DNA from: an uncultured Gammaproteobacteria bacterium
Lineage (GTDB): Bacteria > Patescibacteriota > Microgenomatia > Daviesbacterales > UBA10151
Length of the DNA: 52,879 bases
NCBI GenBank assembly: GCA_964405655.1
Contig: CAYOOO010000008.1
Coordinates: 1 to 52,879 of the forward strand
Reading direction: 5' to 3'
Positions 35,763-45,214 of this stretch are shown here, one piece after another. The notes under the pieces are model-generated. The model made no database searches, was not told the origin of the DNA, and worked only from the letters and a program-made list of their open reading frames with translations. Both the position numbers and the translations under genes were made by a program. Each line of letters starts with the position of its first letter. Position 1 is the stretch's first letter.

Positions 35763-38700
35763 TTACTCAAGTTTAGCCCGTTCGGGACTGGTTGGTATGA
35801 GTCGGCCAATAATAACATTTTCTTTAAGCCCAAGCAAGTTGTCTTTTTTGCCAACTGAGGCTGCATCAGCCAAAACAGTGGTAGTTTCCTGAAATGAAGC
35901 AGCAGATAAGAAGCTCTCTGTTTGCAAGGAGGCTCTGGTAATTCCCAAAATAATAACCCCAGCAGTTGAGGGTTCTCCACCTTCTGCCAAAACCCTAGTA
36001 TTTTCTTCCTCAAACCTGTTTCTATCAACTATCTCTCCAGGAAGTAAAACTGTATCACCTTGAGACTCAATTCTTACCTTATCAGACATCTTTCTAACAA
36101 TCACCTCAAAGTGTTTCTCATTTAGCTGAACACCTTGTGACTCATAAACTTTTCTGGCCTCCTCAACAATATATCTTTGAGCCTCTTGTAAACCTTTAAT
36201 CCTCAGGACTTCAGTAATATCTAAGTGACCTGAGGCTAGGGGTGAGCCAGCTGAAATTAGATCACCATCTTCAACCAAAATATCAGAGGTGGCAGAGATG
36301 AGATACTCTCTTTCTTCGTGTGGTTTGGAAACAGTCCTGACTCTGATAACCCTTCCCTGATCAGTTTCTGAGACAGTTACCTTTCCAGCAATTTCTGAGA
36401 TGGGTGAGACTATTTTGGGAGTTCGAGCCTCAAATAACTCTTCAACACGAGGCAGACCTTGAGTAATATCCACACCAACGACTCCTCCAGAATGGAAAGT
36501 CCTCATCGAAAGCTGGGTACCTGGCTCACCAATAGCCTGAGCAGCAATAACTCCAACTGGTGTACCTATTGCGACTGGTTTTCGGTTGGACAGATCCAAA
36601 CCATAACAGCTGGAGCAGATTCCGAACTTAGCATTACAAGTTAAGGGTGAGGTAATAGCCACTTCTTTAATGCCACTTTTGACTATCGCCTGAGCTTCTG
36701 TTTCCTCAATAAAACCACCTTGGCCAACAATCACTTTTCTACTCTTAGGATCAACAACTTTATTAACAACTTTTCTGCCTAAAAATCTGGATAGGTTGGA
36801 ATTAAAGTTGTCAGCAATTATAGGTAAGATTAAACCCGAGGTTCCACCACAATCCTCTAATCTGATGATGACATCGTGTGAAACATCAACCAGTCTTCTG
36901 GTTAAATAGCCAGCATCGGCTGTTCTTAAAGATTTATCAGCCACACCTTTCCTAGCACCACGGCAAGAGGTGAAGTACTCAAATACGCCTAAACCTTCCC
37001 GGTAGTTTGATTTAGTTGGTAGTTCAACGATCTTCCCAGTTGGATCAACTGAGAAACCTCTCATTCCAGCTGTTTGGGCAATCTGTGCGGTAGTGGCTCT
37101 AGCACCACCTGAGTTAATAATGATTTGAATTGGGCTATCTGGCTCAATTGATGAGATAGTTTTTTTAACAATCTCATCACCCACTCTGGTCCAAACTTCC
37201 TGAGCTAAGGCTCTTCTTTCCTCATTAGTAATCAGACCCCTCTTAAGATTTTCCTCAATACCAGCTATCTCTTTATCACCATGCTCAATTAGTTTGGCTT
37301 TTTCCTCAATCATTCTGTTATCAGGGATAGATAAGGATAAGCCTGAAATTGTGGCTCCCCAGAAACCAAAATCTTTAATGCTGTCAATTAACTCCTCAAC
37401 TTTTTCCCTCTCAAATTTTTTAAAAGCATCCATCACAATTCTCCTAATTGTGACTGAGTTCATAGTTTCGTTAATAAAACGTAGCTCCTGGGGCAAGGCT
37501 TCATTAAAGAGGATTCGACCAACTGTAGTCTCAATCATCTCGTCGTTAATCTTAGCTTTCATTAGTCTTCTCAGCTCAAGCTTACCAGTTTGGTAGGCTA
37601 GAATTGCCTCTTCTTTGTAGAAAACTTTATCCAGCGCTTCTAATTTTTGATCGATTGAGGTGACATAGTAAGAACCCAAAGCCATCTCTCGGTTGGGCAC
37701 ATTGATTGGTGAAGAGTCAGAGGGTTTTAAGATATTTTCTTTGGCCATCATTAAACTAATAGCCTCTTGCATCGCTTTTTGGGAAAGTGGTACATGAACA
37801 GCCATCTGGTCTCCATCAAAGTCAGCATTAAAACCTGCACAAATACAGGGATGAATTTGGATAGCATTGCCATCTATTAAAATGGGAAAGAAAGCTTGAA
37901 TTCCCAATCTGTGTAGTGTCGGAGCCCGGTTGATCAAAACCGGGTGATTCTCAATCACCTCTTCTAAGATATCCCAAACCTCAGGTGGTCTAAACTCCAA
38001 AACATTTTTAGCGCCCTTAACATTTGAGGATAAACCTCTGGAAATTAACTCTCTTAAGATAAAGGGTTTAAACATCTCCAGAGCCATCTCTTTAGGCAAA
38101 CCAACCTGGTGAAGCTTAAGTTTAGGACCAACAATAATAACTGAGCGACCTGAGTAATCAACTCTTTTACCCAAAAGATTTTGTCTGAATCTACCCTGTT
38201 TTCCTCTTAACATATCAGATAAGGATCTAAGTTGGTGACTACCAACGGTTCTGCGGGCAGTTCTGGTATTTGAATCAATCAAAGAGTCAACTGCCTCTTG
38301 AAGCATTCTCTTTTCATTTCTTAAGATTATCTCTGGAGCACCTAACTCAATTAACCTCTTAAGACGGTTATTTCGATTGATAACCCTTCTGTATAAATCA
38401 TTTAAGTCAGAGGTTGCAAATCTACCTCCAGGAAGCTGGACCATTGGTCTAAGATCAGGTGGCAGAACTGGTAAAACAGTCATAATCATCCAAGCAGGAT
38501 TGATCTTTGACTGTCTCATCCCCTCAACCAGTCTTAATCTTTTGGTAGCTTTAATATGTCGCTGACCGCTAGTTTTGGAAACCTCAACTCTTAAATCTGC
38601 AGCCAGTTTATCAAGATCAATCTTTTGTAAAACCTCAAGTAAAGCCTCTGCTCCCATGCCGACTTTAACAAAGTCAACAACCTGATATTCTTCTAACTTA

Positions 38701-39464
38701 TAGAACTCATCCTCAGAAAGAAGTCTTAAGGGGACAATATTTTTAACCAGATCTGAAACTGTTTTATAGATCTCCTCAAGTTGAGATAGCTCAACCTGAT
38801 TAGCTTCTCTTAGCTTAGCAATCTCCTGCCTGTGTTGTAGCTCCAAATCCTGAGCAGCCAGTTCTAGTTTCTCATCGGGCTCCTTTTTGCTACCTGACTT
38901 TAGTTTCTTCTTCAGCTCAGTTAGTTTTTCTTTTAACTCTTTCTCTTTCTCTGAAACAGCTTTGTCTAAGCTTGCCTGCGAATCTTTTTTCTTCTGTTCT
39001 AACTGTTTATTTAGCTTATCTAAAGCTGCACTCTTTTTCTCAGGATCAATCTCTATAACAAGATAAGAGGCAAAGTAGATAACAGCCTCCAGATTTTTCA
39101 TTGTTAGATCCAAAACTAGAGATAGCTTGGAAGGAGCTCCTTTAACAAACCAAATATGAGCAACAGGTGAAGCCAGGGAAATATGACCCATTCTCTCTCT
39201 TCTAACCTTAGATTGGGTAACCTCAACTCCACATTTATCACAGATTACTCCACGGTAACGGATTCTTTTATATTTACCACAGTAACACTCATAGTCCTTA
39301 GTTGGACCAAAAATATTTTCTGAAAAAAGACCATCTTTTTCTGCCTTTAAGGTGCGATAATTAATTGTCTCAGGCTTGGTAACCTCGCCAAAAGACCATC
39401 CTCTAATAACCTCAGGTGAGGCAATCGAGACTCTTAAAGCTTCAAAATCTAGTAAATCATTCAT
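35763..39464 (-). CDS. rpoC: RNA polymerase beta' subunit
   Basis: CYCGKYK...CDKC zinc finger, NADFDGDQMAV catalytic motif and GEPGTQLSMRTFH. Confidence 0.99.
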   Translation of the reverse strand: MNDLLDFEALRVSIASPEVIRGWSFGEVTKPETINYRTLKAEKDGLFSENIFGPTKDYECYCGKYKRIRYRGVICDKCGVEVTQSKVRRERMGHISLASPVAHIWFVKGAPSKLSLVLDLTMKNLEAVIYFASYLVIEIDPEKKSAALDKLNKQLEQKKKDSQASLDKAVSEKEKELKEKLTELKKKLKSGSKKEPDEKLELAAQDLELQHRQEIAKLREANQVELSQLEEIYKTVSDLVKNIVPLRLLSEDEFYKLEEYQVVDFVKVGMGAEALLEVLQKIDLDKLAADLRVEVSKTSGQRHIKATKRLRLVEGMRQSKINPAWMIMTVLPVLPPDLRPMVQLPGGRFATSDLNDLYRRVINRNNRLKRLIELGAPEIILRNEKRMLQEAVDSLIDSNTRTARRTVGSHQLRSLSDMLRGKQGRFRQNLLGKRVDYSGRSVIIVGPKLKLHQVGLPKEMALEMFKPFILRELISRGLSSNVKGAKNVLEFRPPEVWDILEEVIENHPVLINRAPTLHRLGIQAFFPILIDGNAIQIHPCICAGFNADFDGDQMAVHVPLSQKAMQEAISLMMAKENILKPSDSSPINVPNREMALGSYYVTSIDQKLEALDKVFYKEEAILAYQTGKLELRRLMKAKINDEMIETTVGRILFNEALPQELRFINETMNSVTIRRIVMDAFKKFEREKVEELIDSIKDFGFWGATISGLSLSIPDNRMIEEKAKLIEHGDKEIAGIEENLKRGLITNEERRALAQEVWTRVGDEIVKKTISSIEPDSPIQIIINSGGARATTAQIAQTAGMRGFSVDPTGKIVELPTKSNYREGLGVFEYFTSCRGARKGVADKSLRTADAGYLTRRLVDVSHDVIIRLEDCGGTSGLILPIIADNFNSNLSRFLGRKVVNKVVDPKSRKVIVGQGGFIEETEAQAIVKSGIKEVAITSPLTCNAKFGICSSCYGLDLSNRKPVAIGTPVGVIAAQAIGEPGTQLSMRTFHSGGVVGVDITQGLPRVEELFEARTPKIVSPISEIAGKVTVSETDQGRVIRVRTVSKPHEEREYLISATSDILVEDGDLISAGSPLASGHLDITEVLRIKGLQEAQRYIVEEARKVYESQGVQLNEKHFEVIVRKMSDKVRIESQGDTVLLPGEIVDRNRFEEENTRVLAEGGEPSTAGVIILGITRASLQTESFLSAASFQETTTVLADAASVGKKDNLLGLKENVIIGRLIPTSPERAKLE

Positions 39465-39467
39465 CTT

Positions 39468-42400
39468 TTATTTTTCTTTACTTTCTTCTTCAGGCTGTTC
39501 ACCAAGGTCAACTATTTCCATTGGCCCTGACTGCGAAGTTAGTTCACTATTTAAACCAACATCTTTCATCTCTAAAGCCTCTTTAAATTCCTCTACCTCT
39601 TTTTTATCTGTTGATTCCTCTTCTCCCTCTGCCTGATTATCACTTGTGTCTGAGGCTTGGGGAACAGCTGGGGCGGACACCATCTGAACACCTAAAGGTT
39701 CAACATGAATAGAGAGTGATTGAAGTTCTTTACCTAAAACTTTAAAGCTTTCTGGAATTAAAGCCTGCGGAATTTCTGTTCCTTTAACAATTGCCTCAAA
39801 TGCTTTAGCCCGACCCACAACATCATCTGATTTAATAGTTAGCATCTCCTGTAAGATATTAGCCGCCCCATAAGCCTCAAGTGCCCAAACTTCCATCTCT
39901 CCCAATCTTTGTCCACCCATCTGGGCTTTTCCGCCCAGAGGCTGTTGAGTCACTAAAGAGTAAGGTCCAGTGCTTCTGGCGTGGGTTTTGTCCTCAACCA
40001 TGTGGATAAGTTTTAGAAAATAGGCAATTCCTACTACAACATCCTGATCAAAATACTCACCAGTTCGGCCATCAGTCAGTCTAGATTTGCCTGAGACTGG
40101 CAAGCCGGCTTTTTTGATCTCACCAAAGAGAATATCTTCAGGAATCTTTTCAAAAACAGGCGCAGCGACCTTATAACCTAATTTTCTGGCTGCAAAACCT
40201 AAATGAGCCTCAAGCAGTTGACCCAGATTCATACGGGATAAAACTGTGACTGAGGAGATAATAATATCAACTGGTGTCCCATCTTCAAGATGGGGCATAT
40301 CTTGGGTGGGGACAATCTTGGAGATAACTCCTTTATTACCATGTCTTCCAGCCAATTTATCACCAGCTGTCACTTTACGAAGCTGGGCAACTTTAATTTT
40401 AATTCTTTGTAAAACTCCTGCTCCCAAATCATCTCCAGCCTCACGGGATAAAATTTCAATTCCAATAATAGTGCCTCTTTCACCATGAGGCATTCTCAAA
40501 GAGGTATCCCGGACCTCTTTAGCCTTTTCTCCAAAGATAGCCCGCAGCAATCTCTCCTCAGCAGTTAACTCTGTTTCACCCTTAGGTTGAACTTTTCCAA
40601 CTAAGATATCTCCCGGACCTACCTCAGCACCAATCCTAACGATACCGCTTTCATCCAGATTAGCCAAATTCTCTTCTGAAACATTTGGGATATCAGCAGT
40701 CACCTCATCAGGCCCTAGTTTAGTCTCAACTACATCAGTTGAGTACTCCTCAATATGAATTGAGGTTAGGATATCTTGTTTGACTAATTTGTCTGAAATA
40801 ACAATCGCATCCTCGTAGCCCAGCCCATCATAGCTCATATAGGCAATTAACAGGTTTTGACCAAGAGCTAACTCTCCTTTTTGGGTAGAAGTTCCCTCAA
40901 CAATTAAATCTCCCTCTTGAATCTTTTGGCCTAAGCTAACTGCTGGTTTTTGGGAGTAACAGGTCATCGAAGGAGAGTTGACAAATTTTTGGATTTTGAA
41001 TTCTTGCTCGAGACCTTTTTTGCCAGACAAAACTATTTTTTCTCCATCAATATAGGTAATTGTTCCATCAAAAGGCGCTCTGACTGTTCGTCCCATATTA
41101 TCGGCAATAATCTCCTCCATGCCTGTTCCAATGATTGGAGACTCAGGCAAAAGTAGTGGGACTGCCTGACACTGCATGTGAGTACCCATTAAAGCCCTAT
41201 TTGCATCATCATGGGCCAAAAAGGGAATTAAGGAAGCTGAGGTTCCAACTATTTGCTGGGGAGAAACATCAATAAATCTGACTTGCTTACTATCTGCCTC
41301 AAAGAAGCTGCCTCCGAATCTGACCGGAACTCTTTTTGGCACTATAAAACCTTTATTATCAATCTCAACTGTGGCCTCAGTAATATAATGATCTTCCTCA
41401 TCATCAGCGGTCATATAAACTATCTCATTGGTCACTTTGGGCTTGCCGCCTCCTAAGACAACTTTTTTGTAGGGAGTCTCCAAAAAGCCATATTCATTAA
41501 TCCTGGCATAAAGAGCCAGGTAGGTAACAAGACCAATATTTTGTCCTTCAGGTGAGCGAATCGGGTCAATCCTGCCATATTGGGAGTGATTAATATCCCG
41601 AATTGAGAAGCTGGCTCGGTCTCTTGAGATACCTCCAGCTCCTGTGACAGATAGCCTTCTTAAGTGATCAACTTCAGATAGAGGGTTCGTTTGATCTAGA
41701 ATCTGGGACAGCTGGGATGATCGGAAAAACTCATTGATAGCTGCAATGACTGGACGGGCATTAACCAAACCAGCAGCAGTAATTTCTTGATCAATTGCCA
41801 AAAGACTCATTCTTTCCTTGATAACTCTTTCCAGTCTTTGCAAGCCAACCCAAAATGCGTTTTGAGCAACCAGTTCTCCCACCATCCTAACCCGACGATT
41901 GGCTAAATGGTCAATATCATCAATCTTACCGTTACCATTACTCAACCCAATCAAATATTTAAGGGTGGCAATAATATCTTCTTTAGTTAAAACCCAATTC
42001 TCGGGAGAATTGGGAATATCAAGACCTAGCCTTTTATTGATCTTATACCTACCGACTTTGGTTAAGTTATAGCGTCGGGAGTTGAAAAACATATTATTAA
42101 GCAAAGACTTGGCAGTTTCCAAAACTACTGGGTCACCCGGGCGCATCTTTCTAAAAATCTCAAGTAGCGCCTCATTTTGATCTTTTGTTAAGTCTTTATT
42201 GAGGGTAGATTCGATATAGTGATGATCTACATTTGTATCTACTTCTTTAAAAGCCTCAATGATCTCTTCTTCGCTAAAACCTAAAGCCCGAAGTAGGGTA
42301 GTGGCAGCAAATTTTCTTCTTCTGTCAATTTTGACAGTGATCACATCAGATCGGGAAACTGAAAATTCCAGCCAGGAACCGTGTTGGGGCCTTAGCTCTG

Positions 42401-42911
42401 CTCCATATAATCTGCGGCCAGTGATTGGATCATCTGCGGCGGAAAAAAAAACGCCCGGTGACCGGACGATTTGGTTAACGATGACCCTCTCGACACCGTT
42501 AATAATAAAGGTGCCTTTCTCGGTCATTTGAGGAACGTCTCCGAGGAAGGCTTCTTGTTTATATTGTTTGGAAGTTTGAAGGTGAGTTAAGGTAACTTTA
42601 ACTCTTAAGGGCGCATCATAGGATAAACCTTTGATAATACATTGGGCCGGAGTAAAACGGGATTTTCCAAAGAAGTATTCACCAAATTCCAGTTGCCAGT
42701 TTTTACCAGTAAAATCAACCACCGGTGAGATTTCATTAATCAGTTCGCCAATTGAGACTGTCAAAAATTTAGAGTAAGACTCTTTTTGAAGCTTAGTCAA
42801 GTCATTTTTTTTAAGCTCCAAATAAGACTGTTTCTTACCCCAATAGACTCTGCCGCTAGTGTTATTACCCAAAGTCCCCTGCATAAGTAGATGACTAATC
42901 TCAGATACCAA
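39468..42911 (-). CDS. rpoB: RNA polymerase beta subunit; start uncertain (TTG 42911 or ATG 42884)
   Basis: GDKLAGRHGNKGV, GGQRLGEMEVWALEAY and DHLANRR; acidic C-terminal tail. Confidence 0.98.
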   Translation of the reverse strand: MVSEISHLLMQGTLGNNTSGRVYWGKKQSYLELKKNDLTKLQKESYSKFLTVSIGELINEISPVVDFTGKNWQLEFGEYFFGKSRFTPAQCIIKGLSYDAPLRVKVTLTHLQTSKQYKQEAFLGDVPQMTEKGTFIINGVERVIVNQIVRSPGVFFSAADDPITGRRLYGAELRPQHGSWLEFSVSRSDVITVKIDRRRKFAATTLLRALGFSEEEIIEAFKEVDTNVDHHYIESTLNKDLTKDQNEALLEIFRKMRPGDPVVLETAKSLLNNMFFNSRRYNLTKVGRYKINKRLGLDIPNSPENWVLTKEDIIATLKYLIGLSNGNGKIDDIDHLANRRVRMVGELVAQNAFWVGLQRLERVIKERMSLLAIDQEITAAGLVNARPVIAAINEFFRSSQLSQILDQTNPLSEVDHLRRLSVTGAGGISRDRASFSIRDINHSQYGRIDPIRSPEGQNIGLVTYLALYARINEYGFLETPYKKVVLGGGKPKVTNEIVYMTADDEEDHYITEATVEIDNKGFIVPKRVPVRFGGSFFEADSKQVRFIDVSPQQIVGTSASLIPFLAHDDANRALMGTHMQCQAVPLLLPESPIIGTGMEEIIADNMGRTVRAPFDGTITYIDGEKIVLSGKKGLEQEFKIQKFVNSPSMTCYSQKPAVSLGQKIQEGDLIVEGTSTQKGELALGQNLLIAYMSYDGLGYEDAIVISDKLVKQDILTSIHIEEYSTDVVETKLGPDEVTADIPNVSEENLANLDESGIVRIGAEVGPGDILVGKVQPKGETELTAEERLLRAIFGEKAKEVRDTSLRMPHGERGTIIGIEILSREAGDDLGAGVLQRIKIKVAQLRKVTAGDKLAGRHGNKGVISKIVPTQDMPHLEDGTPVDIIISSVTVLSRMNLGQLLEAHLGFAARKLGYKVAAPVFEKIPEDILFGEIKKAGLPVSGKSRLTDGRTGEYFDQDVVVGIAYFLKLIHMVEDKTHARSTGPYSLVTQQPLGGKAQMGGQRLGEMEVWALEAYGAANILQEMLTIKSDDVVGRAKAFEAIVKGTEIPQALIPESFKVLGKELQSLSIHVEPLGVQMVSAPAVPQASDTSDNQAEGEEESTDKKEVEEFKEALEMKDVGLNSELTSQSGPMEIVDLGEQPEEESKEK

Positions 42912-43001
42912 AAAAAGTAAGCATACACCCCTGGTATGCCTACCATTGATATTAAAGACTAATTGAATCTATTTATAACACACTCTATCAAGATCTGTCA
43001 A
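42910..43001 (-). promoter_or_regulatory. rpoB promoter and leader hairpin with a U-tract
   Basis: TTGACA-18-TATAAA (43001-42972), then AGGCATAC-N7-GTATGCTT-ACTTTTTTT. Confidence 0.55.
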
Positions 43002-43018
43002 TCCTTAAGATTAAATCA

Positions 43019-44329
43019 TCAATCTAACCACTTCTTTTTGAGTTTGGCAAACTGGTTATCTAAAATTGACTGTCTGATTCTATCGACCAAATTTAAAACA
43101 AGGTAAACATTGTGGATTGAGGCTAGTCTATGATACAAAAGCTCAGATGAGATATAAAGATGCCTCAAGTATGCCCTGGAGAAGTTTTGGCAGGCGTAAC
43201 AAAGACAACCTGGATCAATTGGTTTTTTATCTGTTGCAAACTGGGCTCTTTGAATAGATAGGGTAAATTTGTTTCCTAGTCTCCCACCATTTTCAGGACT
43301 GATATATAGAGAGCCATTCCTGGCCCGTCTGGTTGGAGCCACACAATCAAACATATCTACTCCTCTTTCAATACACAAAAACAGATCTACTATCTCACCA
43401 ATTCCCAAAGCATGTCTTGGCCAATTCTCAGGCAAAAGGGGAGTAATCCATTCCATTGTCCGATCAATTGAGGTTGAATTTGCCCAATTCAATTTCTCAT
43501 CGCCCCAATACTCAGAAGTGCCAAATGATCCACCAATTGAGACTCCATCATATGATTGTTTGGCGATCCATTTAGCCTCATTTTGACGAATCTCTTGATC
43601 ATCAACCCCTTGCAAAATCCCAAAAATCTGAGCCTTGGGATTAATCCCCCTTTTGAGATTTTTAATGAAATATTGATAAGATCTTTGCTCCCATCGATGA
43701 GTTCTCTCTAGAGATTGTCCGACGTAGGTTTTATCATGAAGAGGGGATAAGAGTTCATCTAAAACCAAAACTATATCAGAACCCAAATCAAGCTGGACTT
43801 GGATAGACTTTTCTGGAGTTAGTAGGTGTTTGCTCCCATCTATATGAGACTTAAACTCTACTCCTGCCTCAGTTATCTTTGACAAAACTGTTCGGCTATC
43901 CCCTTCATTAACAGCAAGCTTTGGTTTTTTATTTAAAACTTCGACCGTGACTCGTCTAATAATTTTTTTATCTTTTTCCCGATAGACTTTTGGGCCAACT
44001 TTTTTGACCCCATGAGAGATGGCTGCGCCTAAGGAGAAGACTTGAAACCCGCCTGAGTCAGTTAGAATTGGTCTATCCCAATTCATAAACTTATGAAGCC
44101 CGCCCATTTTTTTAATCACTTTCGATCCAGGTCTAAGATAAAGATGATAAGTATTCCCTAAAATAACTTGAGCACCAGCCTCTTTTAAATCATCTGGAGA
44201 TAAGGCCTTAACAGAGCCTTGGGTACCAATTGGCATGAATACTGGAGTCTTAACTTCCCCATGAGCAGTCTTTAACACCCCAGCCCGAGCATTTTTATCT
44301 TTTCCTAAAACTTTAAAACTAGAAGACAT
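43019..44329 (-). CDS. tgt: tRNA-guanine transglycosylase with insertions
   Basis: TPVFMPIGT, NTYHL, TDSGGFQVFSL, MFDCVAPTR and CLCYAC...H zinc site. Confidence 0.95.
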   Translation of the reverse strand: MSSSFKVLGKDKNARAGVLKTAHGEVKTPVFMPIGTQGSVKALSPDDLKEAGAQVILGNTYHLYLRPGSKVIKKMGGLHKFMNWDRPILTDSGGFQVFSLGAAISHGVKKVGPKVYREKDKKIIRRVTVEVLNKKPKLAVNEGDSRTVLSKITEAGVEFKSHIDGSKHLLTPEKSIQVQLDLGSDIVLVLDELLSPLHDKTYVGQSLERTHRWEQRSYQYFIKNLKRGINPKAQIFGILQGVDDQEIRQNEAKWIAKQSYDGVSIGGSFGTSEYWGDEKLNWANSTSIDRTMEWITPLLPENWPRHALGIGEIVDLFLCIERGVDMFDCVAPTRRARNGSLYISPENGGRLGNKFTLSIQRAQFATDKKPIDPGCLCYACQNFSRAYLRHLYISSELLYHRLASIHNVYLVLNLVDRIRQSILDNQFAKLKKKWLD

Positions 44330-44384
44330 AGGTGAATATTTTATTGCTTAACTCTAAAAACTTCAAACATCGAAGTTGTTATAA

Positions 44385-45203
44385 TTGCTGTTAATGAAGA
44401 TTGATGCAAATAAATATAGGTCAATTATTTCTGATTACGATGGGACACTTGTTGGTTCTGATTTCCTAATATCAGAGAGTACTAAATTAGCAATTGATAA
44501 ATGGCGAAGTTCTGGAAAGTTTTTTTCAATAGCAACTGCCAAAGCATTTAACGGAGTAATCGAAAAAGCTTGTGATTTTTTAGACTTAACTGACCCTGTT
44601 ATTACTCATAACGGAGCTCAAATTATTAACCCAAAAACTAAAGAGATCATTAATGCAGAGTATATACCTAATAATGAAGTCCTAAAAATAATTGATATAC
44701 TTTCTAAAACTGGATATTTATATGAGGTACAAACTAAAGATGAAGCTTATGCATCAAGTAATAATTTACAAAAGCTGCAAACTCATAAAAAATACGAAAT
44801 TATCTCAAGCTTAAAAATAAATAAAATTTTTAAGGTCCGTCTGGTAACTACACTGAATGATCAACCGAAAGTAGAACAGTTTGTTAAAAAACTAAAAATA
44901 GAGTTTGATAATCTCCAAATAATACCAGGCGATACTCCCTATTCTAAAGGTTTTGATATAACCTCTGAGAAGGCTACTAAACACTTAGCTGTTTTATTGC
45001 TTGCAGAGTTTTTAGGAATTCAGCCAAAGGAAATTATAGGAATTGGGGATAGCTTAAATGATTACCCTCTTTTAACTGCTTGTGGGTTTAAAGTGGCTAT
45101 GAAAAATGCGCCCAAAGAGATTTTAGAAATCGCTGATTATACTATTGAAGATTATAGAAACGATGGCGTAGCAAAATTTATTAATATAGTTCTAAGGAGC
45201 TAA
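44385..45203 (+). CDS. Cof-type HAD-IIB hydrolase
   Basis: SDYDGTL, IATAK and IGDSLNDYPLL...AMKNA. Confidence 0.92.
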   Translation: MLLMKIDANKYRSIISDYDGTLVGSDFLISESTKLAIDKWRSSGKFFSIATAKAFNGVIEKACDFLDLTDPVITHNGAQIINPKTKEIINAEYIPNNEVLKIIDILSKTGYLYEVQTKDEAYASSNNLQKLQTHKKYEIISSLKINKIFKVRLVTTLNDQPKVEQFVKKLKIEFDNLQIIPGDTPYSKGFDITSEKATKHLAVLLLAEFLGIQPKEIIGIGDSLNDYPLLTACGFKVAMKNAPKEILEIADYTIEDYRNDGVAKFINIVLRS

Positions 45204-45214
45204 GGATTCATCGT

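Noticed and set aside
38700-39050. Intein or intron in rpoC (charged insertion)
   Set aside because: The frame is continuous and helical, with no Cys/Ser...His-Asn splice motifs or endonuclease signature. It fits a lineage-specific beta' insertion.
11003-43586. Many short opposite-strand or off-frame ORFs over ribosomal, rpo, tuf, fus and tgt genes
   Set aside because: They lie fully inside highly conserved genes and show no recognisable motifs or initiation signals.
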